A stretch of 64,000 bases of DNA. Source: Nitrospira japonica (GTDB lineage: Bacteria > Nitrospirota > Thermodesulfovibrionia > Thermodesulfovibrionales > SM23-35). The DNA lies in the NCBI GenBank assembly GCA_020725385.1, contig DYFC01000032.1, positions 1 to 64,000 of the forward strand. The letters are read 5' to 3'. The notes under the pieces were generated by a model. It had not been told where the DNA came from. It made no database searches and saw only the letters and a program-made list of their open reading frames with translations. Shown here piece by piece: positions 42,369-52,000 of the stretch. A program made the translations under genes and the position numbers. Each line of letters opens with the position of its first letter. Within the stretch, counting starts at the first letter, position 1.

Positions 42369-43354
42369 GTCGCAGTCCTTTATTCATCAAGGCTTATTTT
42401 CTCTCTGACGAATTACTTAACGGTGAATTAAAAAAACGGATTGAAAGTCGCAGTCCTTTATTCATCAAGGCAGGCTGGCATGGCCAGAGTGAACGTTAAA
42501 AGTTGAAAGTGATAAAAATTATTTTTTCAATGAATCAATCATTTTACTAAGCATTGCTCGTATCTCCTGACAGGTTAATTCTCTCATTTCAAATATGTTG
42601 CTATCAATAAAATTTAATCGCTTTATCTTCTCATACCAGTCAATTGTCTCATTGGTTGAGCCCCTCGCAATATATAAATAATGTTCAAATTCTCTGCCTT
42701 TACGCCTTCCATATCCTTCAGCTATATTCGCTGTTATTGATGAGACACTTCTTAATACTTGATTCGCAATAATTCTGGCAACCTCTGTCTTTGGAAAAGT
42801 TTCAATGTCTTTTAAAACATCTTCAAATAATTTCATCCCTGCTTGCCATACCTTTAGCTCTCTAAAGTCTTTCATTTTTTAATCACTCACTTTCACTTTC
42901 GTCTTTCACTCTGCCAAAGGCAGCCCGTCGCAGTCCTTTATTCATCAAGGCTTATTTTCTCTCCCTACATACAGTTATCCAGTATTTCCAAAAGGGAATG
43001 CTAAGAAAGTCGCAGTCCTTTATTCATCAAGGCTTATTTTCTCTCATGTACTTGCAGAACTTACTGCTAATCCTACTCTTAGTCGCAGTCCTTTATTCAT
43101 CAAGGCTTATTTTCTCTCATTAAAAGTATAAATTTCTGCGGTCTGTTTTTGTTTTGTTATAAGTCGCAGTCCTTTATTCATCAAGGCTTATTTTCTCTCG
43201 TTTCAAAATTGTACGTGACTTTCATTGTTAATAACTCTGGGTCGCAGTCCTTTATTCATCAAGGCTTATTTTCTCTCGCATTCTGACGATCGATTCGTCT
43301 TTGCTCGTCGCAAGAAAGTCGCAGTCCTTTATTCATCAAGGCTTATTTTCTCTC
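42369..43354 (-). CRISPR. CRISPR array, repeat GAGAGAAAATAAGCCTTGATGAATAAAGGACTGCGAC (37 nt): 7 full repeats, 1 partial, 6 normal spacers and one 455-nt gene-containing insert
   Basis: Identical repeats start (+ coordinates) at 42369, 42927, 43009, 43082, 43163, 43241, 43318; 25-nt partial at 42447-42471; spacers 41, 45, 36, 44, 41, 40 nt. Orientation inferred from the leader next to cas2 and the ..GAC 3' end. Confidence 0.97.
42519..42875 (-). CDS. Four-helix-bundle protein (23S rRNA IVS / Avd-like family) inside the CRISPR array
   Basis: FRELKVWQ..Q..RSVSSITANIAEGYGR..F..YL.IARGS..E family pattern; 118 aa, intact. Confidence 0.92.
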   Translation of the reverse strand: MKDFRELKVWQAGMKLFEDVLKDIETFPKTEVARIIANQVLRSVSSITANIAEGYGRRKGREFEHYLYIARGSTNETIDWYEKIKRLNFIDSNIFEMRELTCQEIRAMLSKMIDSLKK

Positions 43355-43552
43355 CGCACCTCCATATTATTCAATAAAATCATGAAGTTAAAATGCTTAT
43401 TTCTGTAACATTGAGTTATCAACAACTTAATCATACATGAAAAGTTGGTTTTTCTATTTTCAAAGAACAAAAATATATTAATTTTCAATCTGTTAGCTTA
43501 TTTTCTGTAACCTTCTATATTTTTTATTATCCACAAAACTTCGTATAACTAC
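43355..43552 (-). promoter_or_regulatory. CRISPR leader with IHF-like sites and a direct repeat
   Basis: AT-rich; TATCAACAACTTA (43417-43429) fits WATCAANNNNTTR; GCTTATTT(T)CTGTAAC at 43395 and 43496. Confidence 0.75.
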
Positions 43553-43825
43553 TTATAATATAAAGACATTTTTGTCTTTTGAGATTTCTCCTTTGCCAAA
43601 AACCTTTGCAACGCCCTCACACTTTGCACATAGTGCATATATTCTCACGCTGTCTTCGTCAGATACTATTCTTTCCAGCTTATTTATCATCTTCTGAAGT
43701 AGTTTATTGTCAAGAATACATTCGAATACACTATATTGTACTCTTGTGCCAAAGTCAAGCATAACTTTAGCAATTTTATCACGTTTCTTATCATCAGGAA
43801 TGTCATATGAAACAATATAAAACAT
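43553..43825 (-). CDS. cas2: CRISPR-associated endonuclease Cas2
   Basis: YIVSYDIPDDKKR, GTRVQYSVFEC, DSVRIY. Confidence 0.97.
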   Translation of the reverse strand: MFYIVSYDIPDDKKRDKIAKVMLDFGTRVQYSVFECILDNKLLQKMINKLERIVSDEDSVRIYALCAKCEGVAKVFGKGEISKDKNVFIL

Positions 43826-43889
43826 TCTAACCTCAATCAGATAATAACCCTCTCTTATACCAAGAGGGAGAATTTATTTGACATTATTC

Positions 43890-44888
43890 TCATACCTGTA
43901 ACAAAAAAGGTGTATATGCTGAACCACCCTTAATATAATTTGCCAGCTTCTCTGCCTGAATCCTGAAACATTTTCTAAATGTTGTGTTTTCGCTTGTTTC
44001 GGGATGTTTGAATTCATTGGCAAAAAACCTTTCATATTCTTCAAAGTATCTTTTCATTGACTCTCTCTTAAGGTACATGCCTTCAGCTTTGGGATTAACA
44101 TAAAAATCATCTTTTTTAAATATGCCATAGTTAATAAGATATAAAGTAAATCTATCAATAACAGCCCTGAATTCTTCCTGTAAATCAGAGGCAAGTGAAG
44201 CTCTTCCATATTCGGCACTATGAAAATATCCAAGATACGGGTCGAAACCGAGGCCATCAAGTAATGACATAATTTCATTGAATACCAGCGTATAACCGAA
44301 GGATAAGAGTGCATTGACAGGATCGGTTGACGGGTGTTTTTTTCTTCCATTAAAAGTGAATTCCTTTAAAATCATTTTGCCAAAGGCTGTAAAATAAACC
44401 TTAGCAATTATACCCTCGATACCCATTAGAGAATTAATATCAATGCCTGTCACAATGCTGTCAAAGAACTTCTTCATCTCATTTGTTTCTCCTGAAAAGT
44501 CAATCTGTGGATGATTATAGGAAAAAGACCTGATAACGTTGAGACAATTTGTGATTTTTACTCTAAGAATAATTTTTGATAAATTCAATCTGAATTCTAT
44601 ATCCCAGTATTTTTTAAATTGTTCTATTCTTAATTCGATATTTTTTGTTGATGGAGACGTTATTTGACCGATGAGTCTCCCTGTTCTCGATAGAATGGCC
44701 ATTTCAATGCCATGTTCAAAAAGTTCATGAATTGCCTGAGTTGTAAACTGAACGTTGCCGAATATCATGACAGACTCAATCTTGTTGCAAGGAACATCAA
44801 GGAGCACATCGTTTTCCTTACGAACTATGAGTCTGTCCCCTGTTTTACAAAGAATTGCGCCCTGTTCGGTTATGTAAAGATTTGCCAT
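43890..44888 (-). CDS. cas1: CRISPR-associated endonuclease Cas1
   Basis: LYITEQGA, LMGIEG, DPVNALLSFGY, DPYLGYFH, LASDLQEEFR. Confidence 0.97.
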   Translation of the reverse strand: MANLYITEQGAILCKTGDRLIVRKENDVLLDVPCNKIESVMIFGNVQFTTQAIHELFEHGIEMAILSRTGRLIGQITSPSTKNIELRIEQFKKYWDIEFRLNLSKIILRVKITNCLNVIRSFSYNHPQIDFSGETNEMKKFFDSIVTGIDINSLMGIEGIIAKVYFTAFGKMILKEFTFNGRKKHPSTDPVNALLSFGYTLVFNEIMSLLDGLGFDPYLGYFHSAEYGRASLASDLQEEFRAVIDRFTLYLINYGIFKKDDFYVNPKAEGMYLKRESMKRYFEEYERFFANEFKHPETSENTTFRKCFRIQAEKLANYIKGGSAYTPFLLQV

Positions 44889-45821
44889 CTACCAGCCTCT
44901 TTTTTTCTTAAGATAATATGCTTCCATATTCAAAGGCGGCGGGTAGTATAGAACCTTCCGCTCTCTTTTCGGTCTGTCAAACGGTACCATAATTAAGCTT
45001 TTTACAAAAGTAACGCCAAGATATTTGAAGCCTTGCTCAAAGCTAACAATATCGGATTCATCAAGTTTTAATAAAAGCCTGTCAAGAATTTCATTAGTAA
45101 ATTCAAGGGATTGTTTTGCTTTTTCAGGACTTTTGCATAGAACCAGAAAATCATCTGCATATCTCACATATCTTTGATTATTTTTTAGCATTGCTTCATC
45201 CAACTCATCAAGAAAAAGATTAGCAAGGACAGGAGACAAAGGCGATCCCTGAGGTATCCCTTTATCTATTATTTCTAAATTTTTTCCATCCCATACTTCG
45301 GATTTAACCCATAATTTTATAAGCATTTCAATGTGTTCATTATTAATATATTTGTGCACTTTTTGAAAAAGGAGTTCATGATTAACACTATCAAAAAAAG
45401 CATCAATATCAGCATCAATCACCCATTTATATCCTTCCTCATAATATTCCTTAATTTTGTAAACAGCATTTCTGACAGAACGCCCTTTTCTAAAAGCAAA
45501 ACTGCATTCCTCAAATTCTTTTTCGAGTAAAGGTTCAATAATATGCAAAACCAGAGTTTGTGCAACTCTATCGCGAACAGCAGGAACCGAAAGAGCTCTT
45601 GCTTCGCCATTACCCTTGTCCACAAGAATTTTAAGAAGCGGAAGAGGGAAATAGGTTTTTTGTCTCAATTCGTTCTCAAGCATTGCAAGATTTTTTGGCA
45701 GGTCATTCTCAAACTCTCCAATTGTTACCCCATCCACACCCGCACAACCATGGTTTTCCTTAACCTGAAAGAAGGCGGTGGAGAGAGAGTTATAATCCCA
45801 CTTTGTCAATTTCTGTAGCAT
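44889..45821 (-). CDS. CRISPR-associated reverse transcriptase (group II intron-like, stand-alone)
   Basis: AGVDG, R.LSVPAVRDRVAQ, DADIDAFFD, GIPQGSPLSPVLAN, RYADD, FKYLG; abuts cas1; no maturase X domain. Confidence 0.95.
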   Translation of the reverse strand: MLQKLTKWDYNSLSTAFFQVKENHGCAGVDGVTIGEFENDLPKNLAMLENELRQKTYFPLPLLKILVDKGNGEARALSVPAVRDRVAQTLVLHIIEPLLEKEFEECSFAFRKGRSVRNAVYKIKEYYEEGYKWVIDADIDAFFDSVNHELLFQKVHKYINNEHIEMLIKLWVKSEVWDGKNLEIIDKGIPQGSPLSPVLANLFLDELDEAMLKNNQRYVRYADDFLVLCKSPEKAKQSLEFTNEILDRLLLKLDESDIVSFEQGFKYLGVTFVKSLIMVPFDRPKRERKVLYYPPPLNMEAYYLKKKRGW

Positions 45822-46569
45822 TTATCCACAGTCTCTCAAAATTATTTTTAAAAGCATCAAAAGGGCTCGTAAACCGCTCATTCTTTCCTATTACAAGAAC
45901 CGGTGAATCACTCCCGCGTTTTCCTTTTTCGAGAATTCCAATATAAGCTTTTCTATCATCAATTAAATACATCCACCATGGAATAAATTCACTATAAAGC
46001 TTTATATTTATCCGCCCTTCCTTATAAGGAATTGTGTTTTTTAGTATAGATATTGCTCCTCTGATTCTTTTACTTGTTGCCTCTACTGCTTCATCAATAA
46101 CTTTTTTTGCATCAGCAGAAAGACTTTCCAGCTTAACATTAAGGTCATGCCCTTTTTGATAGGCTTCCTGTCTTTTTAAGGATTCGGAATCAGGATTCAT
46201 GAGAAGTATTCTATAACTTGCAATGGGATTTTTTTCAATCCATCTTCTGAAGTGTTCTAAAATTGAATCAGAGCTAATTCCAAGATAGCAAAATGAATTT
46301 CTTGCTTCCTGCCAGACTTTCGGGTTTTCATTGAGGTCAAAGCTGTAATAATACCCTGCATTTGCTGAAAGTAAAAGCTTTATCATTCTCTCATACTTTT
46401 TCCAGATCCAGAAGGAAAACAAAACTGTCAGGATGATACAAAATGAAAATATTCCGAGCCAAAGTTTTCCTGAAAAAATACCGACCAAAGCTCCTCCTGC
46501 TATACCAGAAATGAAGTTGATGAATAGGTCGCGGAAAAAGAGTTTCGGGCTAAGAAAATGCTCTGACAT
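45790..46569 (-). CDS. Two-TM accessory protein with a DUF5919-like (PLD-like fold, tentative) soluble domain
   Basis: Two N-terminal hydrophobic helices; YRILLMNPDS, IKLY...W.MYLIDD, SPVLVI..F..F...FERLW; no HxK motif seen. Confidence 0.6.
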   Translation of the reverse strand: MSEHFLSPKLFFRDLFINFISGIAGGALVGIFSGKLWLGIFSFCIILTVLFSFWIWKKYERMIKLLLSANAGYYYSFDLNENPKVWQEARNSFCYLGISSDSILEHFRRWIEKNPIASYRILLMNPDSESLKRQEAYQKGHDLNVKLESLSADAKKVIDEAVEATSKRIRGAISILKNTIPYKEGRINIKLYSEFIPWWMYLIDDRKAYIGILEKGKRGSDSPVLVIGKNERFTSPFDAFKNNFERLWINATEIDKVGL

Positions 46570-46571
46570 TT

Positions 46572-47510
46572 TTACTCCTTTACCAATATTCCATAATGCC
46601 CGATAGTTAGAGTATTATCTTCAGTCTCCTCTAAAATTGACCCAGGCATCCAGCAGATAATAGCATCACTGATTTTTTGTCCGGAACCGATCTTCTTATT
46701 CCCTTTACTATCCTGTATTTCACCCCATTCTCGTCCAACCAGAGGTTCGATGTCACCTTTTAGATTCAAACTGCTATTAATAGGTAAATGAGCTGGTATT
46801 GGTTTGTTTTTTGTAATTTTGATTTTCTTTTCTCCCGAAACAATCTCATGCTCAAAAAAGTTATTATCAATGACTTCTCCTGTTTTTTCATTATCCAGAA
46901 TAAGTCGCCCCCAACCATATTTCCTGTCTCCACCGACAAATATCTCAGAAAATATTTCTTTAAGTCTTATGTCTTTGCTACCATTCCATCCTACAGATTT
47001 TGTATTTACTGTTGCACTTTCTTCTATAAATATATACCCGACAAAGTAAACAGGCATTTGATTTTTTGTATCTTCGTCCTCGATTATAGGCGCAATAAAT
47101 TCTGATTCGTGCAATGATTCATCTTCGGCAGTATTGCTTTCGGGCAGAACAGCGGTTTGGCCATAAGATTTGATAAAAAGACGTTCAAATTCAGAGGCAG
47201 AATAATCTCCATAGTATAGTCCTTTACCGGTATATTCAGGCATTAATAGCTTAAGCTCATCATTTTGAAAAAGCGCAGGGTAAAAGTAGCTAATAAAAAT
47301 ACTTTTGTTTAATAATTCTTCTCCATATATTTTATAATTTGTTGTGTCTTTTATAGACCCATCTGCTCTTGCCAGATTATCTGTAAAAGACGCCCACATA
47401 TTCTTACCTGTAATGTAGTAACGTGTGAGTTTTATATACCCGAGCGTATGCCAGCCAATATGTACATGGCTTTTTGCCTGATAAACCAGTCTATAAGCTT
47501 TCCAGCCCAT
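46572..47510 (-). CDS. cmr3: Type III-C RAMP, Cmr3-like (Cas5 group)
   Basis: HIGW N-terminal RAMP motif, VGGDRKYGWG glycine loop; position after cmr5. Confidence 0.75.
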   Translation of the reverse strand: MGWKAYRLVYQAKSHVHIGWHTLGYIKLTRYYITGKNMWASFTDNLARADGSIKDTTNYKIYGEELLNKSIFISYFYPALFQNDELKLLMPEYTGKGLYYGDYSASEFERLFIKSYGQTAVLPESNTAEDESLHESEFIAPIIEDEDTKNQMPVYFVGYIFIEESATVNTKSVGWNGSKDIRLKEIFSEIFVGGDRKYGWGRLILDNEKTGEVIDNNFFEHEIVSGEKKIKITKNKPIPAHLPINSSLNLKGDIEPLVGREWGEIQDSKGNKKIGSGQKISDAIICWMPGSILEETEDNTLTIGHYGILVKE

Positions 47511-47890
47511 TAGTCACTACTCCCTTCTGCAACGGGTTCCTGAGCTTGTTCTACTTTAGCCTTAGCCTTTGCATGATAGCGGGCATAAACAAGCGTACGC
47601 TCAAGGAGTTCTTTGGCGAAGAGAAGATGATCGAGATTATCCTTTAATTTATTTCTTATTGCCTGAAGCGGTTCAACTTCGTCTTGAAGAATGTTTTTCA
47701 TAATCACTTCTTCTTTTAGAAAATTAAACGATTCTTCTTGAATTTTTACTGCCTTCGATGCACACCATAAGAAAAAAGCATATACGCCGTCTTCCTGAAG
47801 AACGCCAAGAGATTTTCGAATTATATCTTCACTTGCAGATTGTCCAATCTTATATCCAAACTCAGCACATTTCAAATCAAGTATTTCCAT
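47510..47890 (-). CDS. cmr5: Small subunit Cmr5 (Cas11)
   Basis: KSLGVLQEDGVYAFFLW, LLFAKELLERTLVYARYHAKA. Confidence 0.85.
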   Translation of the reverse strand: MEILDLKCAEFGYKIGQSASEDIIRKSLGVLQEDGVYAFFLWCASKAVKIQEESFNFLKEEVIMKNILQDEVEPLQAIRNKLKDNLDHLLFAKELLERTLVYARYHAKAKAKVEQAQEPVAEGSSD

Positions 47891-47893
47891 ATC

Positions 47894-49030
47894 TTATCCT
47901 CCTATGTTGAGGACTTTTAGCCGTCCCATTCCTCTTGTACCCATTCCTCCGATGCCCAGTGACTCAAAATAGTTAAGCCCCTTTTCTACATTAAATGCAA
48001 TAAAACCAATTTGTTCATTATCATCAACTGCTGGATTTTTTAAGGGGTTTTGATAACTTGCCGGTTTTTCTAAATTGATTGGCTTGCTACCTTCTATTCT
48101 GAAATACCCCGGGTTGTTGTAAACAACGTCAAACCACATCACGGTCGCTCTTGGAATTGCTTCATATGTATAGAGAGCTCTATCTTCAGCAGCACCAGTG
48201 GCAGGGTCAATGGCAACAGATGTACGAACTTCAAGGTTATCGTTGACAATGCGTGAGAAGAGTTTGTCAGAGACAAGCAGAAGACGACTTTTTATTTCAG
48301 CCGGAACATCGTCAAATACAGCTGGCAAGCTTAAATCAGCCCCGTCATCCTTTTCTAACATCAGCCATCCAAAGTTGAGCTTGTTCTGGACGCCAAGGCC
48401 AAAGCTTTTGAATTTGTCATCCGATGATATTGACACCGATAACCCATGCTCACTTAACACGCGGGGGGATGTTACCCACACCGGCCCGATCATTGAATGA
48501 ACAGGGAAAAATAGAATTCTTGCATCGTAGAATTGTGCAAGCCCCTGAAAACTTGAGCCGCTTTTACCCTTTGAAAATCCAAAAGGAATACATACCTCGC
48601 AATCAGGTCTTCCGCAATGCCCTTCTCCATCATCAGCACCTTTGCCCGCACAGCTGTAATATTTTGGTTCAAGGGGATTATCATTATCATAAAATGGTTT
48701 ATTGTTTGATACATCAAAAGTTATTATGGCTTTGTCACCTTCAATTTTTGATACTTTATAAAGAGGCCTCTGGTATTTCCATTTAAGATATTTTTTATAA
48801 TCAATCTTGAAATCTGCTTCTATTGCAGTTTGATTTTCACTCTGTACTGCCATTGCGGTATATGCCCTTGCAACCCCGGCAATGCTTGAGCCGGGTATTT
48901 TGGGAAGATTTGTTCCTGGCTCTCTGGTGATTGTATTATCTACTCTCCCGAGCCTGTATCCGCCTGTGCCGATATGCACAGGGTCAAGAGTTAAAGCAAA
49001 ATAAGTCTTCTTTTCGAAAGGTTTACTCAT
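47894..49030 (-). CDS. cmr4: RAMP Cmr4 (Cas7 group); start probably 49030
   Basis: DPVHIGTG, LPKIPGSSIAG, LFFPVHS, LYTYEAIP, GIGGMGTRGMG. Confidence 0.92.
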   Translation of the reverse strand: MSKPFEKKTYFALTLDPVHIGTGGYRLGRVDNTITREPGTNLPKIPGSSIAGVARAYTAMAVQSENQTAIEADFKIDYKKYLKWKYQRPLYKVSKIEGDKAIITFDVSNNKPFYDNDNPLEPKYYSCAGKGADDGEGHCGRPDCEVCIPFGFSKGKSGSSFQGLAQFYDARILFFPVHSMIGPVWVTSPRVLSEHGLSVSISSDDKFKSFGLGVQNKLNFGWLMLEKDDGADLSLPAVFDDVPAEIKSRLLLVSDKLFSRIVNDNLEVRTSVAIDPATGAAEDRALYTYEAIPRATVMWFDVVYNNPGYFRIEGSKPINLEKPASYQNPLKNPAVDDNEQIGFIAFNVEKGLNYFESLGIGGMGTRGMGRLKVLNIGG

Positions 49031-49031
49031 A

Positions 49032-52000
49032 CTACACACCTCCTTTATTTTGTTCATCTATTCTTTCCTTCAATATGCCAGGATAAAGCTCAAGCGTATC
49101 AAAAAATAAACCATTATCAATGGTTTCAAGAAGCAAACTCTGCTGCTTATCATCAACTTTAAATTCTTTTTGAATTGAAGCAGTTATGAGACTTATCCAT
49201 ATCTGATAACTATCCGAGGTTTTATCTTCTAAACTTACTCCCCATTCCTTATACTTTGTTAACCAGAGGGACTGCAAATCTCTAAGTTTGGTATCTGTTA
49301 TCCCCTCAAGCTGTTTTCCTTTTAAAAGTTCATCCCAAATGTACATTATCTTTTGGCTCAATTCATCAAGTAAAAATGGCTTTGATTTGAAATCACCCAC
49401 ATTGGATTTGCGTCTGTTATCTTTATTAAGGTGTATATCATGCCTTCTCGTATTACAGTCAAGAAATTCAAAATCATAGTAATTGGGGTAAACCCTTACT
49501 TTGTAGCCACTTTTAAGATCGGAAATATGAACAAGGTCACCCATAAAACTTTTTACAAAAGAAGCTTCTTCTTTATGTGTATCTCCTTCACTGCTTTTTT
49601 TGACCATATATGGATGAAAATAGTCTTCCTTACACATGCCCAAATTGTAATTTATATCCCATGATATATTTTGCTTGTCGAAGGTTATTTTTGTTTTACA
49701 ATCTTCGTTCTTGACGTCCTTAATAGTCCATGTATTTTTGCTTTTTTCCTTCCAGTAATCTTTATTCAAATTCTCAAAGTTCTTAAGCATTCTTTTACCA
49801 GAGTCGAGTATGACAAACATGGGAACTTTTTTATGAAAGAAGATATTTCCTATATTAAAAGAAAGCCTTCCTATGACCTTTCCGAAATATTCTTTATACT
49901 GGGAATATATATAATCTGAGATAGGTATGGCTTTATCAGCTGGAACTATAGCCATCATAATGTCAGGTGTTGTTGTAATAACTCTGAGCGGATAAATTTC
50001 TTTATCATCTATTAACACTTCCCTGATAGTTGTTTCCTGTATTTCATTTTTCTCTTTTTCAAATTCCGATGCCTTGATTCTTATTAGCTTTCCTTCCCAT
50101 TCCTGCCTTTTAACCTCAAAATCTGTTTCTTTATATCCTTCATTCACCACAAAAATGTTATCTCCAGCCCTGTAAATATCTATTTTTATCCCATTTATTT
50201 CAGCTTCATAAATAGCATTTTCCAACTGCAATTGACCAGAATTTTTAAGCTTTAGTTTTAATCTCCTGAAAGGTGCAATGAGTTTTTTATTTTCAAGTGT
50301 CCTCAAATCAAACAGATTCTCAAGGAACTTCCTTGTGGTATTCCAAACATTCAGCAAACGAGATGGAGTATGATTTTTTGTAAGCAAAAAATTGCATAGG
50401 TTAGGTTTATTTCCAAATCTTTTTTCTATTTCAAGCTTCTTATCAATGTTCTTTATCCAATCTTTTATTTTCTGCCAGTTTTCAGGCAGTTGCAGTTCTT
50501 TTCTATGTTTGTCGAATAAATATGATATAGCCTTTAAAAAGTCTTTTTCCTTATTGGTTATAGGTGATTTTCCATCTATTGCTTTATTGATCCTATCAAT
50601 CCACTCACTTATTTTTTCATAATTTATTACAATATCTTTACCTTCATTTTTTTCAATTATGTCCTTACGATTTTTATCATTTTCTTTAAAATCATTAATT
50701 TTTTCGAGATGTTGAATTGCTTCTTTAATGCTTTTTGCTTCTTTTACAAAAAGACTCCACAACATATCGCCACTCAACCATGGTTCAAGTGAAAATTTTG
50801 CAACAATAAGAGCCAGTTTGCCATTTTTATCAGCTATCTCATCACTAAAGATGCTATGGCAGTCGTTTCTTTGCTTTTGTTCCCAAATTCTTCTTTCCTT
50901 ACAGATATTACAGACACTATACTGTGTTGATATAGAAGGTCTCTTGCGGCATACACTGCAAATGGTCTTCTCTTTGACATTATCCCATTGTCTCATCCAT
51001 GATAGTTTATGATTTAACCTTTGATAGGGATATTTGCTTTTTTCTGATATTCTCTTGATAGTATGAACAATCTCCATAACAAAATTTGTCTCTTGCATAT
51101 CTGAAATATCAGTAAATACAGGCTGAATTTCTCCGCCTGTAATTTCATCCGCAGCATCATCAACCACTGTTTTTATTTCTGATAAAAGTTTTATATATTC
51201 AGATGCGGATTCTCTTATTGCCGGGGCTATGAAATATATACCATTATCATCGTCGTAAATATTTGCACATATAGGATATTGATATTCGCAGATTTGTTTT
51301 ATTTTCTCCTTTAAGAGCTTGATTGTTCTTTTTTTAGCAACAATATCGCCGATCTTTTGCCCATCCGATATAAAGGCCATGCCATCCCAGCCAAAACCAA
51401 TAAGGGAGAATTTGGCCCTGTCAAGACTTTGTATCTTTTCGCCGTAAATTAGAAAATGATTAAAAAAGACCTTTGAGAGCGCTGCTGTAACATAGGAATG
51501 CTGCCATAATGTTATATCATTTGCAGGCCTGTTTGTATCAGTCAGTGCAAAATTAAAAGCTTCTTCAACAGCCTTAAATATTTCTATCCTTTCCTTATAA
51601 TGAAAGCTATCAAGATATTTAGGAAGCATATAGTTCAATTTGTTGTATAAAATTTTTCTGATATTATCAAAATCTTCTACGTTCAAAAGGGTCTCATAGC
51701 CAAATACTGTTGAGCCAAATGTCTGCTCTGTAGTTTGCTCCATTACCATAAGAGGATTGTTCCGGTCATCCCTTGTATCAACTGCATCTCCAAGTTTTAA
51801 AAACTGCGCTATTTCATCTTTCGGTTTTGTATGTTGGTACATCAGGTTTTTTAATGAAATTACCGTATTTATCTGAAAACCGCTTCTATATATATTTGTG
51901 CTCCCGGCATAAGAACTGATTTTCTTATTAAGGCATTCGTTGAGGGGTCTCAAATATTCATTGCTTAATAAATTGTCTTTGTCAAAGAAATTATCCTCAT

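Noticed and set aside
41707-42499. ORFs 41707-41892, 42123-42431, 42208-42390, 42269-42499
   Set aside because: They run over the riboswitch, REP element and CRISPR repeats and have no protein-like features.
42313-45821. Diversity-generating retroelement (RT + Avd-like gene + near-duplicate sequence)
   Set aside because: The RT has PQGSPLSP/YADD (group II/CRISPR type), not the DGR-type SQ motif. The duplicate is only 56-57 nt, its mismatches are not adenine-specific, and no target gene is evident.
44889-45821. Group II intron
   Set aside because: No maturase X domain, and no room for intron RNA domains because the ORF overlaps or abuts genes on both sides.
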